The notes under the pieces were generated by a model. It did not search any database. It had not been told where the DNA came from and saw only the letters and a list, made by a program, of their open reading frames with translations. Of a stretch of 64,000 nt of DNA, positions 11,608 to 24,635 are shown one piece after another (the first letter of the stretch is position 1; each line of letters starts with the position of its first letter). The DNA comes from Octopus vulgaris (Eukaryota). Location of the stretch: the NCBI GenBank assembly GCA_951406725.2, contig OX597819.1:47430001-47494000 (forward strand), given 5' to 3'. The position numbers were made by a program, and so were the translations under genes.

Positions 11608-12157
11608 CTAAAAAAATAGCTGTATTTTGGTTTATTAAAATTACAGCCCTAATGATGACAAAATAGTCATCATCTTAAACCAATTCTAGTTAAGAATGAC
11701 AGGGGGATAACTTTGGAATTTAAAATAATCAAAATTAATGAAACAGACTATGGTGAGGTATGAGTCTAATGTTTGGTAGTATAGTGACAACTCCAGCTAT
11801 GTTTTGGTCTTGTATGATTTTATCAGCAAAGCATATTTCAACTATATTCTGAAAGGACATAAAATGACCTGATATAGGATTTGTATTGATAACTACAGAG
11901 TAGCATGATAACTTATAGGGACGACAAGAGAAAATAGCCAGAGATACCTGTTCCATAGTCAGTTTGCCAAGCTAACTGAAAAATTTAACTCATAGTTGAG
12001 TTGTTAGGTTAGCAAAAAAAAAGAACTACCAAGTTAAATAAGGGTCTCTATTAGTCTGGGTTGGCCATTTATCTGTATTGGTGTGCGTAGACCTGGTTAA
12101 GGCTTTTTTGTGGAAGCCTGACTGTAACTCATGCTTACAAATCTCCTTCTCCACCCT

Positions 12158-12319
12158 CAGTGGCATAGCTAATAGGGGAGCAAGGGGGAAGTGACCATTT
12201 CCCCTGAGCTCATTTTTCAAAATTTACACCTTTTCAACTATTGAAAAATGAGTTCAGCACTTTTTTAAAATTTTTAATGTACTTGCTCCCCCTAACTTTA
12301 GAACTTGGCTATGTCTCTG
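12158..12319. mobile_element. hAT-like MITE
   Basis: TIR cagtggcatagc / gctatgtctctg; flanks tccaccct / tccacaca resemble a degenerate 8-bp TSD. Confidence 0.55.
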
Positions 12320-13009
12320 TCCACACAACTAATATTATTCAAGAGAAATTCCACTGCCTTTGTGCCAATACAACTTGACCTTTGTATCATCACAGGTGTT
12401 GCTATTAAATTACTCAGGGCTGAAACAGATATGACAAGGCATCTTGTTTTATACTCTAACAATTTAACCAATTCCCCACACTGGATTGATGCTTTTTTTG
12501 GCCCTGAAAGGGTGAAATATAAAGTTGACCATAGCAGAATGTCAGAACAAATGCTGTGAGGAATAATATCCAATGCTTAAAGAACTCTTCCAGTGTGTTA
12601 TCCTTTTCCTAACTTTATAAATAAAAGTCAATTTGCAAAATCCCTCTCACTTAGATTGGTTTATAAAAATGGACAGAAAAAAGTTACAAGAAATATTCAA
12701 AAGCCACAAAACAATTCTGTTATTAGGGGTTCTTTTCAGATAAACTTATCTCTAACAATGGTCAATATACAATAAACACTACTAAAGAGGTGACTGTATT
12801 TAAAAGTTCTAGTTGTGTACAGTGTTATGTTTCATGGTTATTTGAGATCTGTTTTGGTCTATTCCCTTGCAGTTGTTTCAAAATTTACTTAACACCACTT
12901 AACATTTTACAGAAAAAGAGAAATTTATGTGGGAGATTATGTGGTTGTGCAACCTTCTATAAATAGTAACCAAATCTCCCTCAAATGATACCATGCTGTC
13001 TTTGAAAGA

Positions 13010-13061
13010 AGTGTGTGTGTGTGTCTGTGTGTGTGTGTACATGTATGTCTATGTACATAAT

Positions 13062-13095
<34 letters not shown>

Positions 13096-13174
13096 GTGTG
13101 TGTGTACATACATACATATGTAAGTACATACATATATGTATGTACATACACATATACATATGTATGTGTATGTA

Positions 13175-13210
<36 letters not shown>

Positions 13211-13380
13211 TGAGTGTGTGTGGGCACACATACATACATATATATATGCATACATATACATACACACACATATATATATACACACACATATATATACACA
13301 CACATATATATACACACACACACACACATATATATATATATGTGCATACATATATATACATGTATGTGCATACATACACA

Positions 13381-13451
<71 letters not shown>

Positions 13452-13465
13452 AGGGAGAGAGGGAG
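13010..13465. repeat. Compound (GT)/(CA)/(TA)/(GA) microsatellite
   Basis: Direct; source of several spurious ORFs. Confidence 0.97.
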
Positions 13466-14762
13466 ATGTAGACACATACTATATCTACAGAAGACTAACT
13501 GCAGCTTCTTTCAGCTTAGGTCTACTTGATCTGGAATAGCACAGAGCTAAACAACAAGACAATGAAAAGTTGTCTCATAAATTTATGGTAAAAAATAATG
13601 TAGAAAACTCTTTCAAGAACTCGAAAGAAACCTGTTGAAACTGCATGTCAGAAATTCTTTTTTTTTTTTAGTAATAAAGAATACAATTCTAAATATCTAA
13701 AACAATTTGCTTGCCTACTTGCACAGCAGACTATTAATCTCACACCCCTTAGAGATTGAATGACACAATAGAAGCCATACACCGCCAGAAAGGTTTCATC
13801 CTTTATCATTATGATATTTAAAGAAAAGAAAAGTACAAGCATATATCTAAAAGAAGACAATTTTGTAAGTTATTTCTTATTCCTTATCTATGTGTTGTGT
13901 TATCATTGTAAATGAGAAAGTTATCATTTTGCGAACATGAAAATACATGAATGTAGATATGTTCGGAAGTATCAGCAGACGGTATACAATTCTAAATATC
14001 TTATGTCTAAGTACCAAGCTAGACTGACCTAATTCAACTGAACAACAAGAATTGATATATTCATTTCTCATAAACACTGTGTCAAAGACTGTGTTGTAAA
14101 TATTGCATCAGGTATAAGAATATCCAAATGTTTACAAACAGAATTGTAATTTTAATTACTTTTACATAATTATTCATCACTGATATATTTATGATAGGAA
14201 AATGTAGCATATCATCTAATTTATTACTTAATTAATCAGTTATTGTTTGACAGTAAGTAAATATTTTATTCCTAACATAAGCAAAAAATATTAGACTTAT
14301 AGACAAAAAAGATATATAATTTTATGATTTCTTGTCTTAAGTTCATTAGTGATATAAATATGATACAGCTTGTGTCAGTTTTTACAATACAAGTTTCAGT
14401 TGTTCAATCAACAGAACTGCTTTATTTTATTATAAACTTTGTGACTGAATATTCCACAGATACTTACATCCATAACATAATCCTCAGGTAGACTCAGCAT
14501 GATACTAATTATGATAAGAATTTTATCTACAGGCAAAATCCATAATACAGACTTCTACAAAGTACCGTCAACATAATTTTACTCTTATGGTTTGGGCTGA
14601 CTTGAGGCAATTGTAAAAGTCCCTTGCTCATCTAAGGTGCCAGGCAGTGAGGCATCATATTTGTGAAGGAGATTTCTTAGGCATTCAGTCAAGCCTGGGA
14701 TCCAATCAGAAATCAAAATTCCTGGAAATTTACCAGGAATCTAAAGCACTTACTCCGTTATT

Positions 14763-15170
14763 CTTTTACTCTTTTACTTGTTTCAGTCATTTAAGTGTGG
14801 CCATGCTGGAGCACCGACTTTATTCAAGCAAATCGACCCCAGGACTTATTCTTTGTAAGTCTAGTACTTATTCTATCGGTCTCTTTTGCCAAACCGCTAA
14901 GTTACGGGGACGTAAACACACCAGCATTGGTTATCAAGCGATGTTGGGGGGACAAATACAGACACACAAACACACACACATATATATATATATAATATAT
15001 ATATATACGACAGACTTCTTTCAGTTTCTGTCTACCAAATCCACTCACAAGGCTTTGGTCGGCCTGAGGCTATAGTAGAAGACACCTGCCCAACGTGCCA
15101 CGCAGTAGGACTGAACCCGGAACCATGTGGTTGGTAAGCAAGCTACATACCACACAGCCACTCCAGCACC
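14763..15170 (-). mobile_element. SINE family A
   Basis: Full-length match to family A. Confidence 0.85.
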
Positions 15171-15224
15171 TACAAATTATTAAATAACTTGCTACAAATT
15201 ATTAAATAATCACTTCAGTCTTAC

Positions 15225-15292
15225 CTTAAAAGCAAACATTGCGTCAACATATCTTGATGAATATACAGAAGCAACCCGTTTCTTTCTGTGCT
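15225..15292 (-). CDS. A2M/TEP-like exon with furin-type site: EHRKKRVASVYSSRYVDAMFAFK
   Basis: 68 nt phase 1 to 0, AAG|gtaag donor; RKKR and 'DA..AF' motif before 'GL...SD'. Confidence 0.9.
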
Positions 15293-16399
15293 CTGTATCA
15301 AAGAAAGAGGAATATACATTATTTAATCAAGAATAATAAACAATAAATAGTAACGATTAATAAAAATTGCAAATAAACAAAATAGCAAATTTCTTAATAA
15401 TGCTGGAATTTAGTCACAAAAAATTAAATATTTTCTTAAGGAACAATGTAATGCTTGCAGTAAAATTCAAACTTATGAAATAAAAGCTCAAAGAATTCTA
15501 CCTTACTTGCATCTAACTACATAATTGTCTTATAACACTCGTGATTATTTTTATAAGATTTAGAACATAAGTTAACTCCATTGTTGCTATATTACAGTCC
15601 ATATAATTCAATTGATTTTGAAAATAATTAAGAATGTGGAAAGATTTAGTAAAATATTGTTATATTTCAGGATGGTCATCAATTTTTCTTTTGTCAAATA
15701 AATACATGCACTATATATTCGTTCTTCACTCATTTATAATTGTTCTTATTTTAACTCATGTCCATTGTTCGAAACCCTTTCATCACACATCTGTGATCCC
15801 TTCAGTGACACTTTCTGTCCTCATATGCTCCTGCTCTATAGTGTGTGTGTTTATTTGGTAAAAAAAAAAAAAAAAAAAAAAAAACGACCATACTGAAATA
15901 TAACAATATCTGTTTCAACACAGAGTCTCACATCAGGAATCTTGCAACACAAATTCACAAGTTTAGTAAAATAGCGTTTTCAATATTAAGATAGTGTTCA
16001 GAACTTAACTAAACAAAATTTCCTTATATTGAATTATGCTAGAAGGCTTTAATTTAAGTATGAACCCTTTATAATGAAAGATTTTGTATCATAAAATGAG
16101 AGTTCCTCTTAGGTGTGTTGGTACCAAAAGGGTAAAACAAAAGGAAGAGACAGAAGTGGATAAAACAAAAAGAAATGACTGTTAAATTTCAGTTAACCTT
16201 TGTTAATATTAAAAAGAATAAACTCTTTATTCATCCCCTCTAGATTTTTATTCTAAGGTATTTGAGATGAAATTTTATATCTTCATTCAATTTGTTTCAT
16301 ACATACATTACAGAATCAATAAGCAGAAATCAGTTTCCAGTTAGAGATATATAAAAGACTGAAATTTAAAAAAAAGATTTTTTTTTGTAGGGTTTAGAC

Positions 16400-18660
16400 A
16401 GGGAAATGTGAAACTTTACAGGAATTCCAAAATGGTGACATTGGTATAGTTGATGTTTAATTTGAAAATCTATTATGATATCTGCAGGAAATATTCCAGA
16501 ATGTAAACATGCCTAGAAGGAAGGATTGGGAGAAATGGTTAATGCAGGATCTATGGGAGGAGACAAAGAATGAGTGGTGAGGAAAGGAGATGGATGAGTG
16601 AAGATGGGCCTATGTAAAGATGATATGTAACTAGATAGTTTTGATAAGCAGAGACCATTATAGTAGCAATGAGAGAGAGAGAGAGAAAGACAGTGTAGTG
16701 ACAGTATATCTGTGAGGCACAGTCCAATTTGTGTTGATGAGTGAGTCTTTGCTATCAGTTAGATAGCTATTGTTAAGATGCAATCTTAAATGTTTGCCCC
16801 CACGCCAGTGGCATGTAAAAAGTACTATCTGAACGTGATTGATGCCAGGCCCACCTGACACTGGCTCCTGTGCTGATGGCATGCAATAAGCACCCTCGGA
16901 GTGCTTGGCGTTAGGAAGAGCATCCAGCTGTAGAAATATTGCCAGATTAGATTGGAGCCTGGTGCAGCTGTTGGCTCTCCAGACCTTAGTCAAACCATCC
17001 AACCCATGCAAGCATGGAAAATGTAGAAGCATTCCATTGCACATTTTCAGCATTATAGAGTTAGCAATTGACCACAGCAGAAATATTTTCTGGTACTGAA
17101 GAGGAAGTTTAGTCTTTGGGATATAATATTAGCTGTTATGCATGTGGAATCACCAAGAAAGAACAGAAATTGTGTGGCTGAGCATTCATAGAGATTTTGA
17201 GGGTTTTAATTGTGTGTTGTTCAAGACTTTATAGAGATACAGGATTGTTTCCATGATATGTGCTGAGTGTGTCTTTGCACTGTTGGAAAAGAAAGAATTG
17301 CTATGTTTCCATAAGGGAATGTTTTCAAATTTTCTCTTTTTGGAGACAAGGCAGGTTTGGCATGAGGTGTTTAGGTTGAATGTGAATGATGTCACTATGG
17401 GAAGATGAGGAAGGAGTACAAACTGACATAATTCACATAGAAGTTAACTTTATTAAAAGTGACAACAAACAAAGCAGGTTGTAATATAGAGGAGGAAAAA
17501 GAGTGGGGTATGTAACCAAACCTTGAGGCACATCAAAGTTGACAGCGTGTGCATTAGAGAGGGCTCAGTTAGCAAATGCTTAAATGTTGTGATCTAACAG
17601 AAAGAGATGGGAGATGGATGAAGGTGAGTGATTTTGTTTGGAGATTCTTATGCCAGACAAAGTCAAATACTTTTCTGCTGTCAAGTATAACATTGCTTTT
17701 GCTGAACTTCTCAAGAGCACATGTTGCTAAGGGGGTGCACTGGACAGCACTGCTCCCGTACTATTCAGATTTAGAAAATACAGTTTACAAAAATCTTCCT
17801 GCAATACAAATTAGTGCCAACCCAGAATATTGTGAAGCACCCCAGGAAGTGAAGTCTGATGACAGGCCTGCAAAAGGAAAAGGTTATTGGTGAATCACAC
17901 CAGAGAGCAAGTACCTAGTAGATCTAGCTCTGTGGAAGTCATACTATCATTTGGTCTCCGAAGAGACTGACTCAATGTGCTGGAGAAGGTGACTGATAAG
18001 GACTGTTTCCATCACTTTGGAGCTATTGGGATAATGGGTTGTAAGTAGAGTCAGGTTGCTATTCTAAAGGATGAGTGATACTGCAGCAGGTTTTCAAAGA
18101 ATGAGATGGGTCTCTGTAGAAAGAGGAAGATTGGAGAGTTTGATTAGAATACTGCACCCCAAAGATAGTTCTTATTCTTAAGTGATGGCAAGGAGTAGAC
18201 AAGAAAAGTTTTTATTCTTTTTGAATGAGTGTGTTGTGGAGTTGCGAGCAATACAAGAAGCAAATGCCAGCGCCACCACAAGAGTTCTGACCAAGGAATC
18301 ATCTTAAGTGAGTAATGATCAGTTGGAAGATTCTGCAAAGTTGATAAAGATCCTTGTTGCAGTTGTTGGTGATTGGAGGAACTTGGAGAGTGGTAGAGGC
18401 AGCATATAGATTTGGAGGAATGAGGTGAGATACTTTGAGGCAAAGTACTTGCCAAGAGAGTAGAGTGTTTTTTAAATACACAAAAAACCCACCTCTCAAA
18501 AAGCAAAATTGAAACTTGGGGTGTAGCCCATACAGCAAAGACAGGTCATAGATAAGTGCATATTTGTATGTGTGTGTGTGAGGGGTGAGATTTTTTTGTC
18601 AGTGAGGAATAGGGCGAGTTAGCAAGATGGAATAGGGTTCAGGTTAAACCACAGTTCACG
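16400..18660 (-). mobile_element. Old, highly decayed CR1/L2-like LINE (APE and RT remnants) with nested family B repeat at ~16800-17020
   Basis: Minus-strand remnants 'CLYHSPS' (APE), 'SKVMETV....L.H.E', 'Y.F..ARST..LL', 'G.VL.P'; boundaries approximate. Confidence 0.55.
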
Positions 18661-19088
18661 AATGTTTGTAATGAAGAGAGGAGTTAGTTTTTGCGAATTA
18701 GTCAGAGGATTTAAAAAATTTTTTGATGTAGACCAGGATATTTGTGCTTATATTAACAGCACTGTCTCAAATGTAGGAGTAGTATTCCATTGTGGAACTT
18801 CAGGTTTGGCCAGTAGACTTAGCATGATAGAATTGACTTGTAGAATTTATGAAACTTTTACATTTTATGGAGTCGATATTGTCAAATTAAAGGAATTTAA
18901 GAAATTAAACATGGTACAGAAGGTAGAGTTGCTCAATCTTCAAGATTATGTACGAGTTACAAGCTGAAAATTAACTGCATTAACCTTATCTATTTACCTG
19001 ATATGAACACCACAAATTCCTGAGTTTAACAAAGATAAAACAAAAAGAGAAATGAATATTTATAAGAAATTAATATTTCTGTACATAC

Positions 19089-19200
19089 CATTCATTTCAA
19101 TTCCATGTTGTGTTTCCAGCAGAACCTTCTGGCAATATTTATCTTCAGCAGAATAAAACCTGCTCAATTGAAAATGATGCTCTTTTAATTTATTGAAAAC
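19089..19200 (-). CDS. A2M/TEP-like exon: VFNKLKEHHFQLSRFYSAEDKYCQKVLLETQHGIEMN
   Basis: gtag|GTT acceptor, gtatgt donor, 112 nt phase 0 to 1, frame-compatible with neighbours. Confidence 0.88.
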
Positions 19201-20015
19201 CTACAAAATAAAAGGGATATATTCCTATAATTAAATTTTTTTTTTATGAGTGAAAGTTAAATAAATACTTTAAAAAAAATAATAAACAACAAAACATATC
19301 ATAAAGATAAAATTAATACAGAGTATATTTTCATTAAGCATGAATGAGGAAACCACTTCTTAATCATATTCATTAATTTATTTGTTTGTTTGGCATCCAG
19401 TTTTTAAAGTTGGAAGGGGAGTTATTTGAAGCAGGATTTTATGATTGGATGCTCTTTCTGTCACCAACCTTTAGATGTTTTTCAAATGAGGGATGTTTTT
19501 TTTTTCCCCAGAGATCTTTGAATGTACAAAGTTACTAGTCATAATATCAACAGAGGATGCCAACATCAAAACTATTCCACTCAAGTGGCAACATACAGGA
19601 AATATTAACACTCATGAACATTTACACACACATGATAGGCTTACTGTAGTTTATCAACCAAATTCACTCACAAAACTTTGGTTAGTTTGAGACAATAGAA
19701 GGTGCTGAGTCATGGGACTGAAACTTAAACCTTATGGTTGTGAAGCAAGCTTCTTATCCACACAACCATATATAATATGCTAATATGATATTTTAAATAC
19801 TATGCTAATGCTATGGTGTTTCCACACCAATAAATTAAAGCTGAGGTTGTAGATACAAAGACATTACTGCAACTCATGAAAATTACCTTACAGAATATAA
19901 ATCTGTCACTTTAGTATAATCGATATATATAGTCCGACATTTCTATGTAGATTTGTAATTTAATTATGTTTACATTATTAACAATTGATGGATATTTGTC
20001 TTCATCTTGTTTGTT

Positions 20016-20061
20016 AACACAACATTTTGGCTGATATACCCTCCAGCCTTCATCAGGTGTC
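20016..20061 (-). ncRNA. Minimal hammerhead, mirror copy with G12A mutation
   Basis: GACAC CUGAUGA A GGCUGG...UCAGCC AAAA UG UU GUGUU. Confidence 0.55.
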
Positions 20062-20110
20062 TTGGGGAAATTTCAAACCTGGGTTCTCATTCCTAAGGTA
20101 TTTTTCAATG

Positions 20111-20146
<36 letters not shown>

Positions 20147-20282
20147 TCACTGCCTGGAATCGAACTCGGAATCTTGGGGTTAATAGCCCGCACTCTTAAC
20201 CACTATGCCATATGCCTGTGGCTTAGTGGTTAAGAGCGCGGGCTACTAACCCCAAGATTCCGAGTTCGATTCCAGGCAGTGA

Positions 20283-20318
<36 letters not shown>

Positions 20319-20367
20319 CATTGAAAAATACCTTAGGAATGAGAACCCAGGTTCGAAATTTCCCCAA

Positions 20368-20413
20368 GATACCTGATGAAGGCTGGAGGGTATATCAGCC
20401 GAAATGTTGTGTT
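20368..20413 (+). ncRNA. Minimal type-I hammerhead ribozyme (slightly decayed)
   Basis: GAUAC CUGAUGA A GGCUGG-loop-UCAGCC GAAA UG UU GUGUU; stem III probably ACGU before CpG decay. Confidence 0.7.
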
Positions 20414-21076
20414 AACAACAAACAAGATAAGGACAAATATCTGTCAATTGTAAATAACGTAAATAATGTATATAATTCCTCACCTCTTAAATATAGAACT
20501 GTAATCATATTTACTCCAAGATCTTGAGAGTCAGTCATATTTGTCACTTTTTTCTTTGACTGAAAGTAATTCTCTCTTTTTTCTCTTCACATACTTTTAT
20601 GGTTTAAATGGAGTAAGTAGCTCCATGGCAATGCGTGTGTGTGTGTGAATAAATTTATGAGGAGACAAAGTTGAAATTTCATTCATAACACTGTTGCTAC
20701 TTCCTCTTTTCATTTTTCTATCGGTTTCAGTCACTGGACTATGGCCATGCTATGGCACAGCATTCAAGAGTTTTACTTGATTATATTAAACACAGGTCTC
20801 TATTTATCAGATAGATACAGTTATCTTTTGAATGCGCTGGTATACACAGAAGCAAATGCACACGTGCATGCACACAAATACACATATGGGCTTCCACACA
20901 GTTTCCATCAATCAAATTTCTTTCACAATGCATCGGCCAGCTTCAGGAAACCACATTAGAAGACACTTGCTGAAAGTATGACCAAATCTGGAACCACATG
21001 TCTGTGAAGGGAACAAACTTGTGCCTATCATAAGTAACTTGGAATTAATGAATTATAAAAATAGTTTCATGCTTAC

Positions 21077-21223
21077 CTGTTGTTCTGTAACCCAGTTATC
21101 CCATCCAGAAAAGGTACTTCGGTCTGCCAAGTTTATAGCACATACTGAATTCCCAGTAGTTTTCAGATTAAATGTAATATAATCATTTGGGTAGAGTGGT
21201 CCTTTTGGAATCTCAAATTCTAC
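21077..21223 (-). CDS. A2M/TEP-like exon (MG6/linker): VEFEIPKGPLYPNDYITFNLKTTGNSVCAINLADRSTFSGWDNWVTEQQ
   Basis: 147 nt phase 0 to 0, CAG|gtaagc donor; equivalent to 'S.CAL.AVDKSV'. Confidence 0.93.
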
Positions 21224-21339
21224 CTAGATATGGAAAGATAAATATTAATAAAAAATTAACTTTGTTAATGACATTATCTTTGTAAGTTAATATTACTGTA
21301 AATATTTATAATTTTTTGTATGACATGTAAATATCAGTA

Positions 21340-21560
21340 CTAAATAGCCTCCACTCCTCAAAGTTGATTGGACTCATGCCATCACCACTAATGTATACCT
21401 GACTCATCACTTCTCATCTTATCACTCTTGTGTTCCCACCAAATACTATGCCAGGATTTCTTTCTCTGAATGTCAGTCTTCTGGAATTTCTTATCTGCAC
21501 ACGTCTTTCCTAATCACTATGCCCAGTTTTTCCTTCTTAGAAATTTGGCCCTCTGTAGTC
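21340..21560 (+). mobile_element. CR1-like LINE 3' fragment
   Basis: Remnant 'F....S.FWN.L.AHVFP' C-terminal motif. Confidence 0.45.
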
Positions 21561-21821
21561 TCTTCTCTATTTATGTTTTTTCTGCATGTGTTTTCAATGG
21601 AAAATTAATGGCCACAATTTCACCAGTCTTGGAGGAGGGACTGCAACAATCATAGATACATCCCTTTCAACTAGACTCAGAAGGTAAAAAAAAAAAAAAA
21701 AAGGCTGGGGCAGAAAATATCAATTCATAAGTTCTCACACTTTTCAAAACTCACCTTTATATATGTAAATATACACAAAGAATTAATTGCTATATGTTTA
21801 AAAGAAATACAGGGAACTTAC

Positions 21822-21994
21822 TTCATTTTTGAAACAGGAGTTAACTGAAAACTCTTGGTAATCATCAACTAATTCTCCATTATCGTCAACCAAGTAGACC
21901 AAAACATAACTGAGTGGAGACATCTCAGGGATGAGGTCGATATCAAATTCAAAATTAGCCATAAAGGGTGCTGAATCAGATCTTCGATTATTTT
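21822..21994 (-). CDS. A2M/TEP-like exon (MG5): ENNRRSDSAPFMANFEFDIDLIPEMSPLSYVLVYLVDDNGELVDDYQEFSVNSCFKNE
   Basis: 173 nt phase 1 to 0; hallmark 'M.P...LVY....GE.V.D...F.V..CF.N'. Confidence 0.95.
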
Positions 21995-22097
21995 CTGTAG
22001 AAAAATAAAATTTGTTGAAAGTAATTGATTAAACATTTTTATATTTCATGTATTTTATAAATGACAAATATAAATATATTTTTTAAAAGAGACATAC

Positions 22098-22329
22098 CCC
22101 TTTTAGCATGCTTTTTGCTTTTGTAATTTATGTGCTTGTGTTTTGCGTCTTTTTGGTACCCAGGTGAAGACTGAGTTTGGTTAGAATATGGCATCATAGA
22201 TAAAACTTCATCATCTGGATCAGCAGTAATTTTAAGGGAATTGTTAAAATTTTCTTTTCTATAAACATAACGGTGATCAGCACGAAAAGCTATCTGACCA
22301 TTGGCAACTATTTGACTTTTTGACATAAC
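22098..22329 (-). CDS. A2M/TEP-like exon (MG5 with long insertion): VMSKSQIVANG...KSKKHAKR
   Basis: 232 nt phase 0 to 1; begins VMSKSQIV (cf. VMSKG.IV); gtatgt donor. Confidence 0.9.
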
Positions 22330-22859
22330 CTGGAAAACAGATAAAAGTTGAAAATATAAGGAGTAGCAAATATACTTAAACTGGAAATTTTCTCAACACA
22401 TTTCATCTTGTAATAAGTAATTGCATATAGACTAGCAAGTTTATTAAAAAGTTTAATTATTATTTTTTTTATTACACATAAATGATAACTTAAAATTTAA
22501 GACATTAAAACTGATTTAGAAAAAATACTTATATGGAGAATATATAATACATATCATGAGAGAAATTCAATTATAGAGAAACTCTATGTGTATGTGTGTG
22601 TGTGTGTGCAATTTTATTGTATAAGCATGAAAAATGTGCTTACTACTTTATTTTGTTGTTTGAAGCTAATGATTCATGTTACTATGATATGTCTTCACAA
22701 GTCATCTTTATGAATCTTATAGGAATGATTTGGATGATAAGCAATTCTACTAACCTAACACACACACACACACAATGTATGGGACAATTGAAATGGCAGT
22801 TTATTATCTCTGGGGTTGCATTAAAGAAGTTATGTAATAAATAGATGACAGATACTCAC

Positions 22860-23072
22860 CAAATAATAAAGGTTAATTCTTTCTCTGAGTGTAGCTGTGT
22901 ATAAAATATCAAGATTCAGCTTTGAATTGCACCGGAGATTTTTTTCTAATGGTTTAATCTGAAGGTATTTACCCGTTCTTGAAAACCACTGTTTAACAGT
23001 GAATGTATCAATTGGTGTGTACATATAGTGATGGCTATCTTCATTGACAAAAGTCCCATTAATGGATCGAGC
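22860..23072 (-). CDS. A2M/TEP-like exon (MG4/MG5): ARSINGTF...VKQWFSRTGKYLQIKPLEKNLRCNSKLNLDILYTATLRERINLYYL
   Basis: 213 nt phase 0 to 0, TTG|gtgagt donor; 'W.S.S.SYL.I......L.C' MG5 pattern. Confidence 0.93.
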
Positions 23073-24461
23073 CTGAAATATTTTATAATGTTAATGGTCA
23101 CAGATGAAACAATCAGTTCATGCATATGTACGAGAAGTTATTACTTTCACTGACTAATAACTTGAGCCTGTTTTTACCTTCTTCATAGCTTGAATGAAAT
23201 ATGATGTTAATTAAATTTTATTATAATTTAATCTAGCTCATGTTTGATCAGCTTTAAATAGCAGCTAAATTGCTTTAAAATCACACCTTACTGTCATTAA
23301 AAGTGAAAAGATATACTGGACAATGTAATTTTAAATTTATAAAAATATACAACGAATATGATTCAAATAGACTGAGCATTAGTCTACTTGATCAGAGATG
23401 ACCTGGGGTTAAACAATAGCATTACATGAAAGCTTTGATAAAATACATATAGATACCAAATGAAGTAGATAGATACATACAAACAGATGCATATTAGATA
23501 CTGATAAGTACCTTATAAAGTATGCAGACAGCTAATTGAGGCAAAACAACAACAAATTTTTTTAAGTACAAGTGCAGTGAATGTATTAAGCTTGTAAGTA
23601 TAGGGTTAACAAATAAAAATGGATCACTAGGATTCAATATTTCATGCAAACATCTAAATTTGAAGACAACAAATTTTTTAAACCCATGAAAAAAAAAAAT
23701 GGATCATTCTAAACAAAATTTTTAAAATGTGTATATTGGTCCAACAAATTCTGATATTTATATATATTATCTGTATTTTGATTTTATCAAAGAATAAAAA
23801 CAGTGAGCTGGCAGAATCATTAGCATGTGAATTAAATGCTTAGTTGGCATTTCTACTGACTCTTTACATACTGAGTTCAAATTCTGGTGAGGTCATCTTT
23901 GCCTTTCATCCGTTTTCAGGCTTGATAAAAAAAAAAGTAACAGTCAAGTACTGAGGTCGATGTAATTGGTTTACCCTTTCCCGCTAAACTTGTTGGCATT
24001 GCACCAGACAGTTAACCTTGTGATGGACTGGTATCCCTTTCAGAAGTCAGTCTTGTACTCTCAGCCTAAATGCCTTGAAAATCCTCTGAGAAGCTTGGGC
24101 TTCAAGAGCATATAGGCTTAAGGCAGATTTATATTCTAAACACTAGCTTAATAGATGGTGTTTGGAACATAACTATGGCCCTAACACACCAATGACAAAG
24201 TTAGAGATTTTATTAAATCCCTTCAAATTGTTGAATATTTTCAAATTTAATTACAATATAGTAGTATTATATAAGCAGTATATTTTATTTGAAATATGGT
24301 CACAAAAAGGTTAAGTCTCATGCCCAAAGACTTAGAAACTTAGAATATGGAAATGAAATGAGCAGATATGTAGTACGAATGCCGTATCCAATTGGCAGTT
24401 TACTCTTACATTTAAGAAAACATTTTGAAAATTAAATAAGAATAGAACACAATATTGTTAC

Positions 24462-24635
24462 CTGAAGTACAAATTCTTCAGTATATTTATCAAAGTGGTC
24501 AATAGTAAAATATATTTCTCCTTTCTCATTGGAAGTGAAAATACCAGAAAGTTCAATGTCATTGACATAGTCAACAGCTGTGACTTCTATAACTTCCCCT
24601 GCAGCAATACTATTGTCAGGTTTGGAAACTAAAAC
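24462..24635 (-). CDS. A2M/TEP-like exon (MG4): VLVSKPDNSIAAGEVIEVTAVDYVNDIELSGIFTSNEKGEIYFTIDHFDKYTEEFVLQ
   Basis: ttcag|GTT acceptor, CAG|gtaac donor, 174 nt phase 0 to 0; contained in ORF 24432..24731. Confidence 0.93.

Larger units (their letters stand above)
19963..20467. mobile_element. ~500-bp palindromic element: two head-to-head units of tRNA-like head + (AAT)n + hammerhead-bearing tail
   Basis: Arms are reverse complements over ~245 bp, centre near 20213; A box tggcttagtgg and B box gagttcgattcc. Confidence 0.9.

Noticed and set aside
12937-13539. Cluster of long ORFs (up to 144 aa)
   Set aside because: Translations of compound dinucleotide microsatellite; same for ORFs at 10766-11294, 29656-30011, 32020-32485, 35990-36521 and 44607-45244
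13860-14095. Possible Penelope GIY-YIG 3' remnant on minus strand
   Set aside because: Similarity too weak to support by eye
15880-16135. Old piggyBac-like MITE fragments (also ~3870-4120 and ~24140-24313)
   Set aside because: Mutual similarity visible but TIR/TSD pairs are too degraded for confident boundaries
20218-20285. tRNA gene candidate
   Set aside because: A/B boxes present but no convincing acceptor stem; it is the head of the palindromic element
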